From: Candidatus Omnitrophota bacterium
Lineage (GTDB): Bacteria > Omnitrophota > Gorgyraeia > Duberdicusellales > 4484-171
Assembly (NCBI GenBank): GCA_003154195.1
Contig: PMCS01000025.1
Span: forward strand, 16,662-80,661
Length of the DNA stretch: 64,000 nucleotides
Direction of reading: 5' to 3'
The notes under the pieces were generated by a model. The model had not been told where the DNA came from, ran no database searches, and saw nothing but the letters and a program-made list of their open reading frames with translations. This document shows, piece after piece, positions 34,858 to 44,122 of this stretch (the stretch's first letter is position 1; each line of letters begins with the position of its first letter). The position numbers and the translations under genes are program-made.

Positions 34858-36180
34858 ATGTATGTCGGCATAAAAAAATGGGGATATGACGAGTGGCTTT
34901 CATCTGCGGCAATTTCTCTCTTTTTGGCGCTGCATCTTGTTATTGCCGGCTACCCGATTATCCTTTGGGATTCGGCAAGATATTTAGGCAGTTCGCTTTT
35001 TTTGAATCCGGATTACGTTAGTTTGTCGCCGGTATCTTATCTGCTCAAACCGCTGATAACTTTAGCCGGGGCATGGGGATTTGCATTTTTTCAAATAGCT
35101 ATATTAACCTACGTTACAGTTTCAGTATTAAAATTTTTTAATAAAAATTTTACCGTAGGCGTCATCGCCATATTGGTATCTGCGGCGGGTTATTTTGCCG
35201 TTCAGGTGATGATGGATATCTACACTGCCGCGGGATTCCTGGCATTGTTTCTTGTACTGAATGAAGATAAGGATATTTTTCTCTATGCTATATTAAGCAT
35301 ATGCTATGTAGCTCATTATGAAAATATTTTCCTCTTCCCTCTCTGCGCCGGGATATATTGGGCAATATTTGATCGAAAAAAATTTAATTTAAAATTGCTT
35401 CCGATGACATTCCTCTTTCTCATTCTTGTTATCGGTGTTTTTTCGGCTAATTATCTGGCCGAAAATGATTTTCGCTTTTTTCCTAAGGTAAGATATTCCA
35501 TGTGCGCCGCGCGGATCATGGCCGATTCTCCTGAGATCGCAAGGTCATATATGGAAAAATACCCCGATTCCGGCTTCAGCAAGCGTAAAAAACTTTACGA
35601 ATATGCTAAAACTCAAGCCGACCCGTTTCACGTCTTGCTCTGGGATGCAAAAGAAGGAATCGGCCTCGGGGCAGGCTTTAACAATTTCGATAAGGAATCA
35701 AAAAAATTTACATCATACGCCTTGAAAAACTACAAGCTTACATTATTTAAAAATGCTTTAAAAAATACGTACCGGTTTCTCATAAAGCCGGGGCACAAGA
35801 TAGGAGGAGAATCCGGCAAGGAACCGATCGAGCAATTTATAGGAGAATTTATACCCGGGCAGCTCGCCGCCGCTAAAAATTCTTTACAATACAAAGGGAT
35901 ACTGTCGCTTATAAGTTTTGAACTGGTCTATGCAATGTGTTCCCGCATAACTTTTCCAATCATAATATTTTTTATATTCCTTTCCTTTATAAAAAGGGAA
36001 ATAAAAAATTTAAAATATTATCCCTTCGTTGTCTTAACCGCGATCTTTATATTGATCAATGCCTTTGCCATGTCTAACTTTATCAACATATATTTAAGAT
36101 ACCAATTAAGAGTCATGCTTCTGCCAAGCCTTGCCGCAAGCTTGATCGTCGCAGATTTTTTACGGCACAGGAAAGTATGA
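34858..36180 (+). CDS. Polytopic membrane protein (family 1 of a paralog pair; possible GT-C/polymerase-like)
   Basis: 440 aa with about 10 TM segments. Its N-terminal block ...GYPIILWDSARYLG... is conserved with 38439..39821. Confidence 0.5.
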   Translation: MYVGIKKWGYDEWLSSAAISLFLALHLVIAGYPIILWDSARYLGSSLFLNPDYVSLSPVSYLLKPLITLAGAWGFAFFQIAILTYVTVSVLKFFNKNFTVGVIAILVSAAGYFAVQVMMDIYTAAGFLALFLVLNEDKDIFLYAILSICYVAHYENIFLFPLCAGIYWAIFDRKKFNLKLLPMTFLFLILVIGVFSANYLAENDFRFFPKVRYSMCAARIMADSPEIARSYMEKYPDSGFSKRKKLYEYAKTQADPFHVLLWDAKEGIGLGAGFNNFDKESKKFTSYALKNYKLTLFKNALKNTYRFLIKPGHKIGGESGKEPIEQFIGEFIPGQLAAAKNSLQYKGILSLISFELVYAMCSRITFPIIIFFIFLSFIKREIKNLKYYPFVVLTAIFILINAFAMSNFINIYLRYQLRVMLLPSLAASLIVADFLRHRKV

Positions 36181-37631
36181 AGATAAACGATAAGTTAATC
36201 CGGCCGGTGGTATTTTTTTTATTTTTAATTTTATTGTTTTTTCTTAAAAGGCCGTGCCTGAATCTTCCTGCCTTTAATGATGAATGGAATTACATCACCA
36301 GTATTTTGGCAGTCTACGACAACCACCTTAACCCTTTCGTTACCTACTGGGCTTACCACCCGCCGGTTTTTTTTGTTTTCGTCGCTTTGCTTTTCAAATT
36401 ATTCGGTTGCTCGCTTGCCGTGGGGCGCCTGGCGATAATGTTTTTTTCCCTTTCCACCCTTTACTTTACCTTTCTGCTGGGAGAAAAGTTATATAACAAA
36501 AAAACCGGTTTTTTCGCCGGCCTGTTGCTTTTTTTCTCGCCGTTTTTTTTCGCGCAATGCGGCCTTTTGTATTGCGATATGCTGGTGACAGCGCTATCGA
36601 CCGCAGCTATCTATTATTTTGTCAGCGGTAAAAGGAGAGGGTATCTCATCGCCGCGACCCTGCTTGTTTTGACTAAAGAACCGGCGATATTGACGGTCAT
36701 CGCGATCGGAATATACCAGGTTATCCTGAATTTACCGGAATTTACCGGAAAATCCCGCCGGGAAGAAGTATCGTCAAAAACAAAGAAGTTAATTTTAGAA
36801 ACATTGTTTATTCTGTCGCCGCTTTTATTTTTTTTAGTATGGATGATTCTCAACAAGCTGCTTTTGGGCTGGTTTTTTTTCCCCTTATTCACTTCGCTTC
36901 TCGAAAGGTTTTCGCTATTTCCCGATTTAATGAAATGGATTCTAAGATGGACCTTCCGGGAAGATTTCAGGATTTTTTTTACCGGCGCGGTTATTTTAGC
37001 CGCTTTTCTTTCTTTATTCAAAAAAGATATCCGGAAAGGTTTTTTAAAGAATGAACTCCTGCTTTTTGCGATATTATCTTTGATTTCGATATTATTTTTT
37101 GCCGGCATACAAGGGAAGCACTACGGATTTTCAATGCGTTATCTATTATTCCTCCAGCCGTTGTTGTTTCTGGCCGGAACCGCCGCCGTGATCCAATTGA
37201 TTAAAAATAAAATCGCGCATACTTTAGTTTTCCTATTCTCTATTTTTATTTTCATTAATTGCTGGCATTCGAGAGGTTTGCCGCAAAAAGATGATTTAAA
37301 TTTGGATTATCTTAATATCGTAAAAATTCATAAAGAAGCTGCCGGGTTTTTAGCAAAAAAATTCTCCTCCCGTTTGATTGTCGCCGCATTGCCGGTAAAT
37401 AATAACCTGACCCTGCCGGTACGGGGGTATGTCAACCGGCCACTGGCCAATGTTGTGGATGTGCCGCCGGAAACCGCCAGCCAGGGAACGATCATCGTCG
37501 TTTCGAAGTATTACCGGATTTGGACCGACCAGGCAGAAGAAGTAATAAAATTTCAACAAAAAACGAACGCGGCGCTGGTAAAAAAATTCAGCCGGGGCGA
37601 CGAAGAGATTTCGATTTATGCTCTGCCGTAA
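36177..37631 (+). CDS. GT-C glycosyltransferase, family 39/83 (ArnT/PMT_2-like)
   Basis: YWAYHPPVFF...GRLAIMFFSLSTLYFTFLLG...LLVLTKEPAIL is a PMT_2/ArnT-type N-terminal domain. There are about 11 TM segments. Confidence 0.75.
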   Translation: MKINDKLIRPVVFFLFLILLFFLKRPCLNLPAFNDEWNYITSILAVYDNHLNPFVTYWAYHPPVFFVFVALLFKLFGCSLAVGRLAIMFFSLSTLYFTFLLGEKLYNKKTGFFAGLLLFFSPFFFAQCGLLYCDMLVTALSTAAIYYFVSGKRRGYLIAATLLVLTKEPAILTVIAIGIYQVILNLPEFTGKSRREEVSSKTKKLILETLFILSPLLFFLVWMILNKLLLGWFFFPLFTSLLERFSLFPDLMKWILRWTFREDFRIFFTGAVILAAFLSLFKKDIRKGFLKNELLLFAILSLISILFFAGIQGKHYGFSMRYLLFLQPLLFLAGTAAVIQLIKNKIAHTLVFLFSIFIFINCWHSRGLPQKDDLNLDYLNIVKIHKEAAGFLAKKFSSRLIVAALPVNNNLTLPVRGYVNRPLANVVDVPPETASQGTIIVVSKYYRIWTDQAEEVIKFQQKTNAALVKKFSRGDEEISIYALP

Positions 37632-37674
37632 GCAAACATAAGGAAGCTCAATCCCGGCGATAAACCCTAAACCT

Positions 37675-38406
37675 ATGCAGGAAGCAAACAAAAACCATAA
37701 GGTCTCTCTTTTTATCCCGATCTTTAACGAAAAAGACGTCATCGAGCGGTATATCAATACGCTCCGGCATATTTTAAAAAGAATACCCCTGGCTTACGAA
37801 ATATTTATCGTCAACGACTCTTCCCGCGACAACGTGCGGCATATTTTAGAAAAAATCCACGCCTCGAACCGGGAAGTTACGCTTCTCAATTATGAAATCG
37901 GCCCTACCCGCAGGGAGAACCTCGCGCAATCTTTCCGGAAGGCAAACGGCGATATTATAGTTTTTGTGGATGTCGATCTCGCCGCCAGCCTGCGTTTTTT
38001 GCAGGATTTAATCGACCAGATAATCCTTGGTTACGATATCGCGACGGGAAGCCGTTATGTTTGTGGCGCTAAAATAAAAAGAAAACCATTCCGGCTGGTA
38101 ATAAGCATCCTGTATAATGCTTTTGTGCGAATAGTTTTTAGAACAAAAATCCGCGACCACATGTGCGGATTCAAGGCTTTTAAAAAGGGGGTGATTCTGC
38201 GGCTGGTGGATGAGATGGGTTACGATAAGACGCTTAAGCGCGGCGTGTTCTGGGATACCGAGATGTTAGTAAGGGCGATAAGGCGCGGCTATCGGATAAA
38301 AGAGATACCTATCTGGTGGAACGAGCGGAATAAAAGCAAACTTTATTTTATCAGAGAAGTCAAAGCTTTCGGTTATATTTTAAATTTTATGGCGAAGCCT
38401 CATTAA
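37675..38406 (+). CDS. GT2 polyprenyl-phosphate glycosyltransferase (DPM1/ArnC-like)
   Basis: LFIPIFNE...IFIVNDSS.D...VFVDVDLA gives the GT-A DxD motif and a DPM1-like layout. Confidence 0.8.
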   Translation: MQEANKNHKVSLFIPIFNEKDVIERYINTLRHILKRIPLAYEIFIVNDSSRDNVRHILEKIHASNREVTLLNYEIGPTRRENLAQSFRKANGDIIVFVDVDLAASLRFLQDLIDQIILGYDIATGSRYVCGAKIKRKPFRLVISILYNAFVRIVFRTKIRDHMCGFKAFKKGVILRLVDEMGYDKTLKRGVFWDTEMLVRAIRRGYRIKEIPIWWNERNKSKLYFIREVKAFGYILNFMAKPH

Positions 38407-38438
38407 TAAATAAAACTTTCTTCATCTGCCGAAGAAAA

Positions 38439-39821
38439 TTGAACCGAGGAGTTGTTTCCATGCGTATCGGCGCCCAAAAATGGCAAAAAAACTATTGGCT
38501 TTCGTTTATGGTAATAAGTTTATTTTTAACAATATATCTTATTATTATCGGTTACCCGATTATAAATTGGGATTCGCAAAGGTATTTAAGAGGGGCGCTT
38601 TTTTTCCAAACCTGCCCCTTTGCCCTGACCTCAGTCTGTTACTTGTTTCATCCGCTGGTCGCCATCACGGGAGCCTGGGGATTTGCAATTATTCAGATAA
38701 TTTTATTAGCGTATGTTACAGTATCGTCTTCGCAATTCTTTCATAAAAGTTTTATCGTGGGGCTTATCGCGATAATAATGTCCGCGGCCGCCTATTATGC
38801 TATTTCCGTGATGATGGATATTTATACCGCCGCCGGCTTATTAGTATTATTCCTCATCTTGAACGGCAACAAAAATATTTTTCTTTATATTACCTTAAGT
38901 TTATGTTTCCTGGCTCACTATGAGAACATTCCGCTGTTCCTTCTTTCCGCCGTAGCATACTGGATAATATTTCACCGGAAGAAAATTAGCTCTGCCCTGA
39001 TTTCGATAATAATAACCTTTATTATTTCCATCATAAGCGTTGTCCTAACAGGTTATTTAAAGGGGGATGATTTTATATTTTTTTCGAAAGCGCGATATGC
39101 CATGACTGTGCCGCGCCTTATGGCCGATTACCCTGACGCCGCCCGTTCCTATATGAAAAAATACCCCGATTCCTATATTGGCAAGCACAAAGAATTTTAT
39201 GAATTTGCTCTCACCGCCGGAGAACCTTCTCACGCCTTGCTTTGGGGAGACTGGCAAGGTGAAAAAGGGCTGGGCTATCAGCCCGTCGACGATAACCTTT
39301 TTAAAGAAACCAGAAGTTTTATCGTGTATGTTTTGAGCAACTACAAGCGGGAATTGCTAAAGAATACCCTGAAGAATACCTGCAGGTTTTTGCTATGGCC
39401 GGGGTACGAGCCGGGGCTGAATACCCATCGCGCAGCAATCAAACAGTGCGTAGGGGATTTACTTCCCGGCCAACTTAAAAGCGCGTTAAATTCTCTACCC
39501 TATAAATCCAACGAAGAACAATTCCCCATCCGTTTAAAAGCGCTCTATGGACTATGTTATTATGCAAGTTTCCCGGTTATTCTGCTCTTTATTTTCCTTT
39601 CTTTCATCAATCGCAAAATAAAAAATTTAGAATATTATCCATTTGTGGTTTTTGCGGCCATCGTTATACTGGTGAATGCCCTATTAATGTCTAACGTTAT
39701 CGAGACATCACTGAGATATCAACTACGGATCATGCTCCTGCCCTGCCTTGCCATGAATTTAATCGTCGCGGATTTGCTTAAACGCCATTTTGCCAATAAA
39801 GGATTTTTAAATAATGGATAA
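38439..39821 (+). CDS. Polytopic membrane protein (paralog of 34858..36180)
   Basis: 460 aa with a conserved N-terminal block and hydropathy profile. Confidence 0.5.
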   Translation: MNRGVVSMRIGAQKWQKNYWLSFMVISLFLTIYLIIIGYPIINWDSQRYLRGALFFQTCPFALTSVCYLFHPLVAITGAWGFAIIQIILLAYVTVSSSQFFHKSFIVGLIAIIMSAAAYYAISVMMDIYTAAGLLVLFLILNGNKNIFLYITLSLCFLAHYENIPLFLLSAVAYWIIFHRKKISSALISIIITFIISIISVVLTGYLKGDDFIFFSKARYAMTVPRLMADYPDAARSYMKKYPDSYIGKHKEFYEFALTAGEPSHALLWGDWQGEKGLGYQPVDDNLFKETRSFIVYVLSNYKRELLKNTLKNTCRFLLWPGYEPGLNTHRAAIKQCVGDLLPGQLKSALNSLPYKSNEEQFPIRLKALYGLCYYASFPVILLFIFLSFINRKIKNLEYYPFVVFAAIVILVNALLMSNVIETSLRYQLRIMLLPCLAMNLIVADLLKRHFANKGFLNNG

Positions 39822-40569
39822 AAAACTTATTGTTATTATTCCCGCCTTTAACGAAGAAAATTTTATCACTTCGGCGATAAAGGAAATCCCCAGAAAGATC
39901 AACGGTATCGGCAGTATCGAGGTTGTTGTCGTAAATGACGGGAGCAGTGATGGCACGGTTAAAGCGGCGCGCAACGCCGAAGCCGGTAAAATCATCGATT
40001 TGGGCGGCCATCGCGGTTTAGGCGCGGCCATTCGGGCCGGATTAAGCTATGGCGTGGATAACGACGCGGATATCATCGTTATCTTCGACGCCGATTGCCA
40101 ATATTACGGGAAGGATATCGAAAAAATAGTTGCGCCGGTTTTAGCAGGAACTGGCCAGGTTGTAATCGGCCAAAGAAATTTCAGGAAAATAAAAACTTAC
40201 CCTTTTTATATGAGATTATCGCAGCGAATCGGCAACGGGCTCACCGGATTTATTTTCGGGGCAGATGTCCAGGATATCGCTTCCAGCCTCCGCGCCTACC
40301 GCAAAGAAACCGCGAAGCTATTGCTTGAAAACCTCCACAATCCCTATGAGGAAGCAATCGAATCGGTGTGTTTTATGGCCGAAAAAAATATTCCTATCGC
40401 CTGGATACCGGTTAATATCCGCTACCCTACCCGCCCATCTCGGTTGATTACCAGCAAGTTTTATTTTGTGAAATATTTTTTTACGACCCTGGCTGATTAT
40501 TTTTTTGCTTCGCGAAAAAATAATCAGTCGGCCGCTTGCGCGGAAAGGAACAGAAAGGTTTTTCGATAG
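39814..40569 (+). CDS. GT2 polyprenyl-phosphate glycosyltransferase (DPM1/ArnC-like)
   Basis: IIPAFNEE...VVVVNDGSSDGT...IVIFDADCQY. Confidence 0.8.
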   Translation: MDKKLIVIIPAFNEENFITSAIKEIPRKINGIGSIEVVVVNDGSSDGTVKAARNAEAGKIIDLGGHRGLGAAIRAGLSYGVDNDADIIVIFDADCQYYGKDIEKIVAPVLAGTGQVVIGQRNFRKIKTYPFYMRLSQRIGNGLTGFIFGADVQDIASSLRAYRKETAKLLLENLHNPYEEAIESVCFMAEKNIPIAWIPVNIRYPTRPSRLITSKFYFVKYFFTTLADYFFASRKNNQSAACAERNRKVFR

Positions 40570-40588
40570 TTGTCCTGAATAAACCCGA

Positions 40589-41275
40589 TTATTTATCCTG
40601 GCTGTTGTATGCGCACGCCAGAAACGTCAGCGTCCGGTTTTTTGTCGCGTCACGCCGGTGCGAAGGGAAACCGCGCCGGTCACAAAAGCTGCATAAGCCA
40701 ATATCGCAAAAATTGCCTCCTTTCACCCCCCGGCGCATTAACCGGGAACGGGCAAAACCGATGGGATCAAAATAGATACAATCGTTTTCTTTCGTAAGAA
40801 AATCATCAAAACCGCGATAGGTAAGAAATTCTTCCCCCACGCGATAGCAACACTTGCGCAGCCCCACCCCGGCAACAACCTTAAATGCCGCCAAGTCGTA
40901 AGGTATATTATCCAGAATACCTTCCCTGGCCGAGCGCCATCCCATGTGTACCACCCCGGCAACTCCGGCTTTCTCGCTTACAAAAATAAGCGGCAGGCAA
41001 TCGGCGGTTTTAACAATAAGCGGATGGTTTTTATCTTTCGTAAAAAGCGCGTCTCCTTCGTAAATGCCGGGCTTTGACACCTCATAGACAATCGAAGAAT
41101 GGATTTGTTTCATATAGCTTGCTTCGCCGCCGCATCGCAAGACGGATAATACTTTCGCGATATCATCGGGAAGTTTACCTTTTATCTTTTTACCGGTAAA
41201 GCCGGCGATAAACGCGCCGGCAAAAAAATCTTCCAAAAAAAAGCAATCTTTTTTCTTAAATACCTTCAATTTCAA
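40589..41275 (-). CDS. pgeF: YfiH/PgeF family (purine nucleoside phosphorylase / peptidoglycan editing factor)
   Basis: TADCLPLIF and VHMGWRSAREGI (the HxGWRG motif) identify DUF152. Confidence 0.8.
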   Translation of the reverse strand: MKLKVFKKKDCFFLEDFFAGAFIAGFTGKKIKGKLPDDIAKVLSVLRCGGEASYMKQIHSSIVYEVSKPGIYEGDALFTKDKNHPLIVKTADCLPLIFVSEKAGVAGVVHMGWRSAREGILDNIPYDLAAFKVVAGVGLRKCCYRVGEEFLTYRGFDDFLTKENDCIYFDPIGFARSRLMRRGVKGGNFCDIGLCSFCDRRGFPSHRRDATKNRTLTFLACAYNSQDK

Positions 41276-41477
41276 CCACCTTATCCCGGTTCGTTTCTCC
41301 CCGGACTATCGTGACAGCGCTCTTTTTTACCGCAAAATAATCGGCAAGGACTTCACAAAGTTTTTTATTGGCTCTTCCCTCGATGGCGGGTTCGTTGAGA
41401 TAAACCTTTAAGTTATCGGGCAGTTTCTCGATACGTTCCTTCTTCGCGCGGGGAACTACTCTTACCTTGATACGCAT
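41256..41477 (-). CDS. YggU family protein (DUF167)
   Basis: 73 aa. VRVVPRAKKERI...NEPAIEGRANKKL...VTIVRGETNRDKVVEI matches the DUF167 pattern. Confidence 0.7.
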   Translation of the reverse strand: MRIKVRVVPRAKKERIEKLPDNLKVYLNEPAIEGRANKKLCEVLADYFAVKKSAVTIVRGETNRDKVVEIEGI

Positions 41478-41627
41478 GATATATCGTTTGGGTGGATTAC
41501 CGCCGACTTCATCGGCAGCTTCTCCTAAATGATCCCGCCAAACTGCGGCGGCCCGCCTTGATGAGCCATAAGGCCCACGGCTTCGCCGTGAGGCGAGCGA
41601 GGCAGGGATTATTTGCCCCGCATCAAT

Positions 41628-41653
41628 CCGCCGAATAAATTCGGCGGTTTTCT
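41628..41653. terminator. Hairpin plus T-tract (putative terminator)
   Basis: ccgccgaat-aa-attcggcgg followed by ttttct. It lies 30 bp 3' of the TPR gene stop. Confidence 0.4.
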
Positions 41654-41680
41654 GCGGTTCAAATAAAAATCACCGGCCGG

Positions 41681-42556
41681 TTATTTATTTAGTTTCGCCA
41701 ATATTTTCTTAGCGCGGTCTTCTAACTTTTTCGCCCGGCCTTCGTCTTCGCAATTTCGTACCACCTTTGCCGTCTTTTCCAAAACTTCGGCAACCGGTGC
41801 GCTATCTTTACCGTAAACCTTTTCGGCTATCTCCAGTATTTTTTTATAAATAAACAAAGCTTCGGAATTTTTCCCCTGCTCCGCGTATAGCCCGGCCAGG
41901 TTATGAAGGCTTAAAATCGTCTCGGAATGATTTGGGCCGAAAATTTTCTCTTTTATCTCCAGGACGCGCTTGCAATATATATCCGCTTCCATAAACCGGC
42001 GCTCAATCCGATAAAGCCCGGCTAAGCTATCAATGGTAGCGACGGTATCGGGGTGGTGAGAGCCTAACGTAGCTTCTCTTATCGTCAGGGTTTGTTTATA
42101 AAAATTCTCCGCGCTTTGGTATTCTTTCTTCGCGTCGTATAGTTTAGCTAAATTATCCAGAGGGCAAGCGGTAAAAGGGTGGATTTTACCGGCGGCACCC
42201 TCCAAGATCCCCAGCGAACGCTGGTAAAACGATTCCGCCTCGGTAAAACGGCCCTCGAAATCGTAAAGGGCGCCGAAGTTGTTAAGGATGCAGCCTTCAT
42301 CCAGCTTCCCGCTCCCGAAGCAGTTCTGCAATATAACCAGTGTTTTATTATAAAGAGTTTCGGCCTCGGAGTATACTTCCTGCGCCTCATAGAGCAAAGC
42401 GAAATTATTAAAAACCGGTACCGATTCATAACTATCCGGCCCGTATATTTTTCCGATTATCGCCAGGGATTCATTATAATACTTAGTTGCCTCATCCAGG
42501 CGCCCCTGTAGATAACAATGAATACCGAAATTGTTCAACGTCATCGTCTCGTCCAC
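41681..42556 (-). CDS. TPR-repeat protein (C-terminal 291 aa of a gene interrupted by the IS insertion; GTG start created at the junction)
   Basis: TPR_12-type repeats. Joining the flanks after removal of 42594-45102 gives a continuous reading frame with the fragment 45086..45370. Confidence 0.75.
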   Translation of the reverse strand: MDETMTLNNFGIHCYLQGRLDEATKYYNESLAIIGKIYGPDSYESVPVFNNFALLYEAQEVYSEAETLYNKTLVILQNCFGSGKLDEGCILNNFGALYDFEGRFTEAESFYQRSLGILEGAAGKIHPFTACPLDNLAKLYDAKKEYQSAENFYKQTLTIREATLGSHHPDTVATIDSLAGLYRIERRFMEADIYCKRVLEIKEKIFGPNHSETILSLHNLAGLYAEQGKNSEALFIYKKILEIAEKVYGKDSAPVAEVLEKTAKVVRNCEDEGRAKKLEDRAKKILAKLNK

Positions 42557-42611
42557 TTGGCTATACCGCTCTTCGCTGTCCGGCCTTTCTTTAGGGAATT
42601 ATATACTTAGC

Positions 42612-43310
42612 TCAACCAATGCGGTCTTTTTTGGAGTAAAGGCGGCCTATATCGTAAGGGGATACTCTAAACTTAGTGCCATGATTACGTAGCCCTTTGC
42701 TTTCTGGCTTAGCTTCTCTTACGTCAAAATCTATCTTAACCGTTCCGCGGACAACTTCATCAATGAAAGAGCTTAATTCAAGGTTTTCGTAAGAATCAGC
42801 GCGATTGTAAACAATTTTTTGCCCTGTTCTTACACCTTTTACTAAAATCAAGCGGCGTAATTTGGCTCCCGCCGAGCTCATAATATCATCATCAGTCCAA
42901 TAAGGAACCGCGCCGTTTCCGTCAAGTCGGCGAATTATTATCTGGTGAGAATCTGCTTCTACTTTGAACCTATCTGATTTGCCCGCTATGGTATGTCTAA
43001 AGCTAAGACGTCCCATATCGTCTTTCCATCCCCATTTACTAACCATAAGCCTAATAACATTATCGGGGCGTGGCTCTTTGTGGAATAGAGTAATAAGGTT
43101 TGTTTTTTCTGTATAAAATTTTAATTCCCATCCAAGAGTATCAGGAATATCTTTATTACCTGTTCTTAATCCAAGAAGGTCTTCGAGGTAAAGTCCAGGG
43201 GCCCCTGTTCCGATATATCGCTTATCGGGCATTATGTATTCTTTATGCTGAATAATTTCGGAAATTCGTGCAAACAGCTCTTTTTTTGTTGTTGGAGCTA
43301 TGATACTCAT
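42612..43310 (-). CDS. Putative type II restriction endonuclease (cargo of IS)
   Basis: 232 aa with no recognisable conserved domain. It overlaps the upstream DNA methyltransferase by 4 bp and lies inside the mobile cassette. The assignment rests on position only. Confidence 0.45.
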   Translation of the reverse strand: MSIIAPTTKKELFARISEIIQHKEYIMPDKRYIGTGAPGLYLEDLLGLRTGNKDIPDTLGWELKFYTEKTNLITLFHKEPRPDNVIRLMVSKWGWKDDMGRLSFRHTIAGKSDRFKVEADSHQIIIRRLDGNGAVPYWTDDDIMSSAGAKLRRLILVKGVRTGQKIVYNRADSYENLELSSFIDEVVRGTVKIDFDVREAKPESKGLRNHGTKFRVSPYDIGRLYSKKDRIG

Positions 43311-44122
43311 TTTTTAAGTAACCTCCCCTGGGCTTCAATGCGTTCCCTTGCTAATTTGCAATAATCTTTTGATAGTTCAAGACCTACCCAATCTCTTCCA
43401 CATACTTCGGCGGCAATAGCCGTAGTGCCCGAACCCATAAAGGGATCGAGAACAATTTTTCCCGTAGTAGACTGAATACATCTTTGCGCCAATTCAACAG
43501 GAAAGGGCGCAGGGTGAGGATTATTATTTTCTTGAGGAATAATCCACACGTCCCCCACGGCATTAGCCTTTGGCGCAAGTTTAAAATTAGGCTTGCATAT
43601 AAGATAGATAACTTCATAAGTGGGAAGAAAATACCCAGAATTAAAATTTATGCCGCCGTTACGTTTCCAAATAATGATTTGCCGAATCGGAAATCCCTGA
43701 ACAATATCATGCCGGTCTTGCATTACGCCGCCTTGAACCCGCCATTTATGATTGTAGAATATCGCTCCATCCTCCCGTAAAACTCTCATCATCGCAGTAA
43801 GGCAATTTCTTTGCCATTCAACATATTCATCGTGGGGCATATCGTCATTATGATTTTCATAACCATTTACAAGCTGAGCATTTTTCCATTTACCGCCTCG
43901 CGGGTCTTTCATTCCATTGCCGGTGCTATTCCGAAGATTATAGGGGGGGGAGGTAACAATTAAGTCTATTGACCCTGTAGGCATTTTGTTCATCAACGCA
44001 AGGCTGTCCCCACAATGAACTTTATTAAGCCATTGCTTCAAAACATTGGGAGAAATCGTCTTGGTGGCGGCTTTTAAAAGTTGGCTAAAAGTAGCAGCAA
44101 CAGAGAAAGGTTTTGTAATCAT
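43307..44122 (-). CDS. DNA methyltransferase, beta-class (N4-cytosine/N6-adenine; SPPY catalytic motif)
   Basis: DLIVTSPPYNL (motif IV) precedes DPFMGSGTTAIAA (motif I), which is the beta-class order. A poly-C8 tract encodes the S-P-P residues. Confidence 0.85.
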   Translation of the reverse strand: MITKPFSVAATFSQLLKAATKTISPNVLKQWLNKVHCGDSLALMNKMPTGSIDLIVTSPPYNLRNSTGNGMKDPRGGKWKNAQLVNGYENHNDDMPHDEYVEWQRNCLTAMMRVLREDGAIFYNHKWRVQGGVMQDRHDIVQGFPIRQIIIWKRNGGINFNSGYFLPTYEVIYLICKPNFKLAPKANAVGDVWIIPQENNNPHPAPFPVELAQRCIQSTTGKIVLDPFMGSGTTAIAAEVCGRDWVGLELSKDYCKLARERIEAQGRLLKK

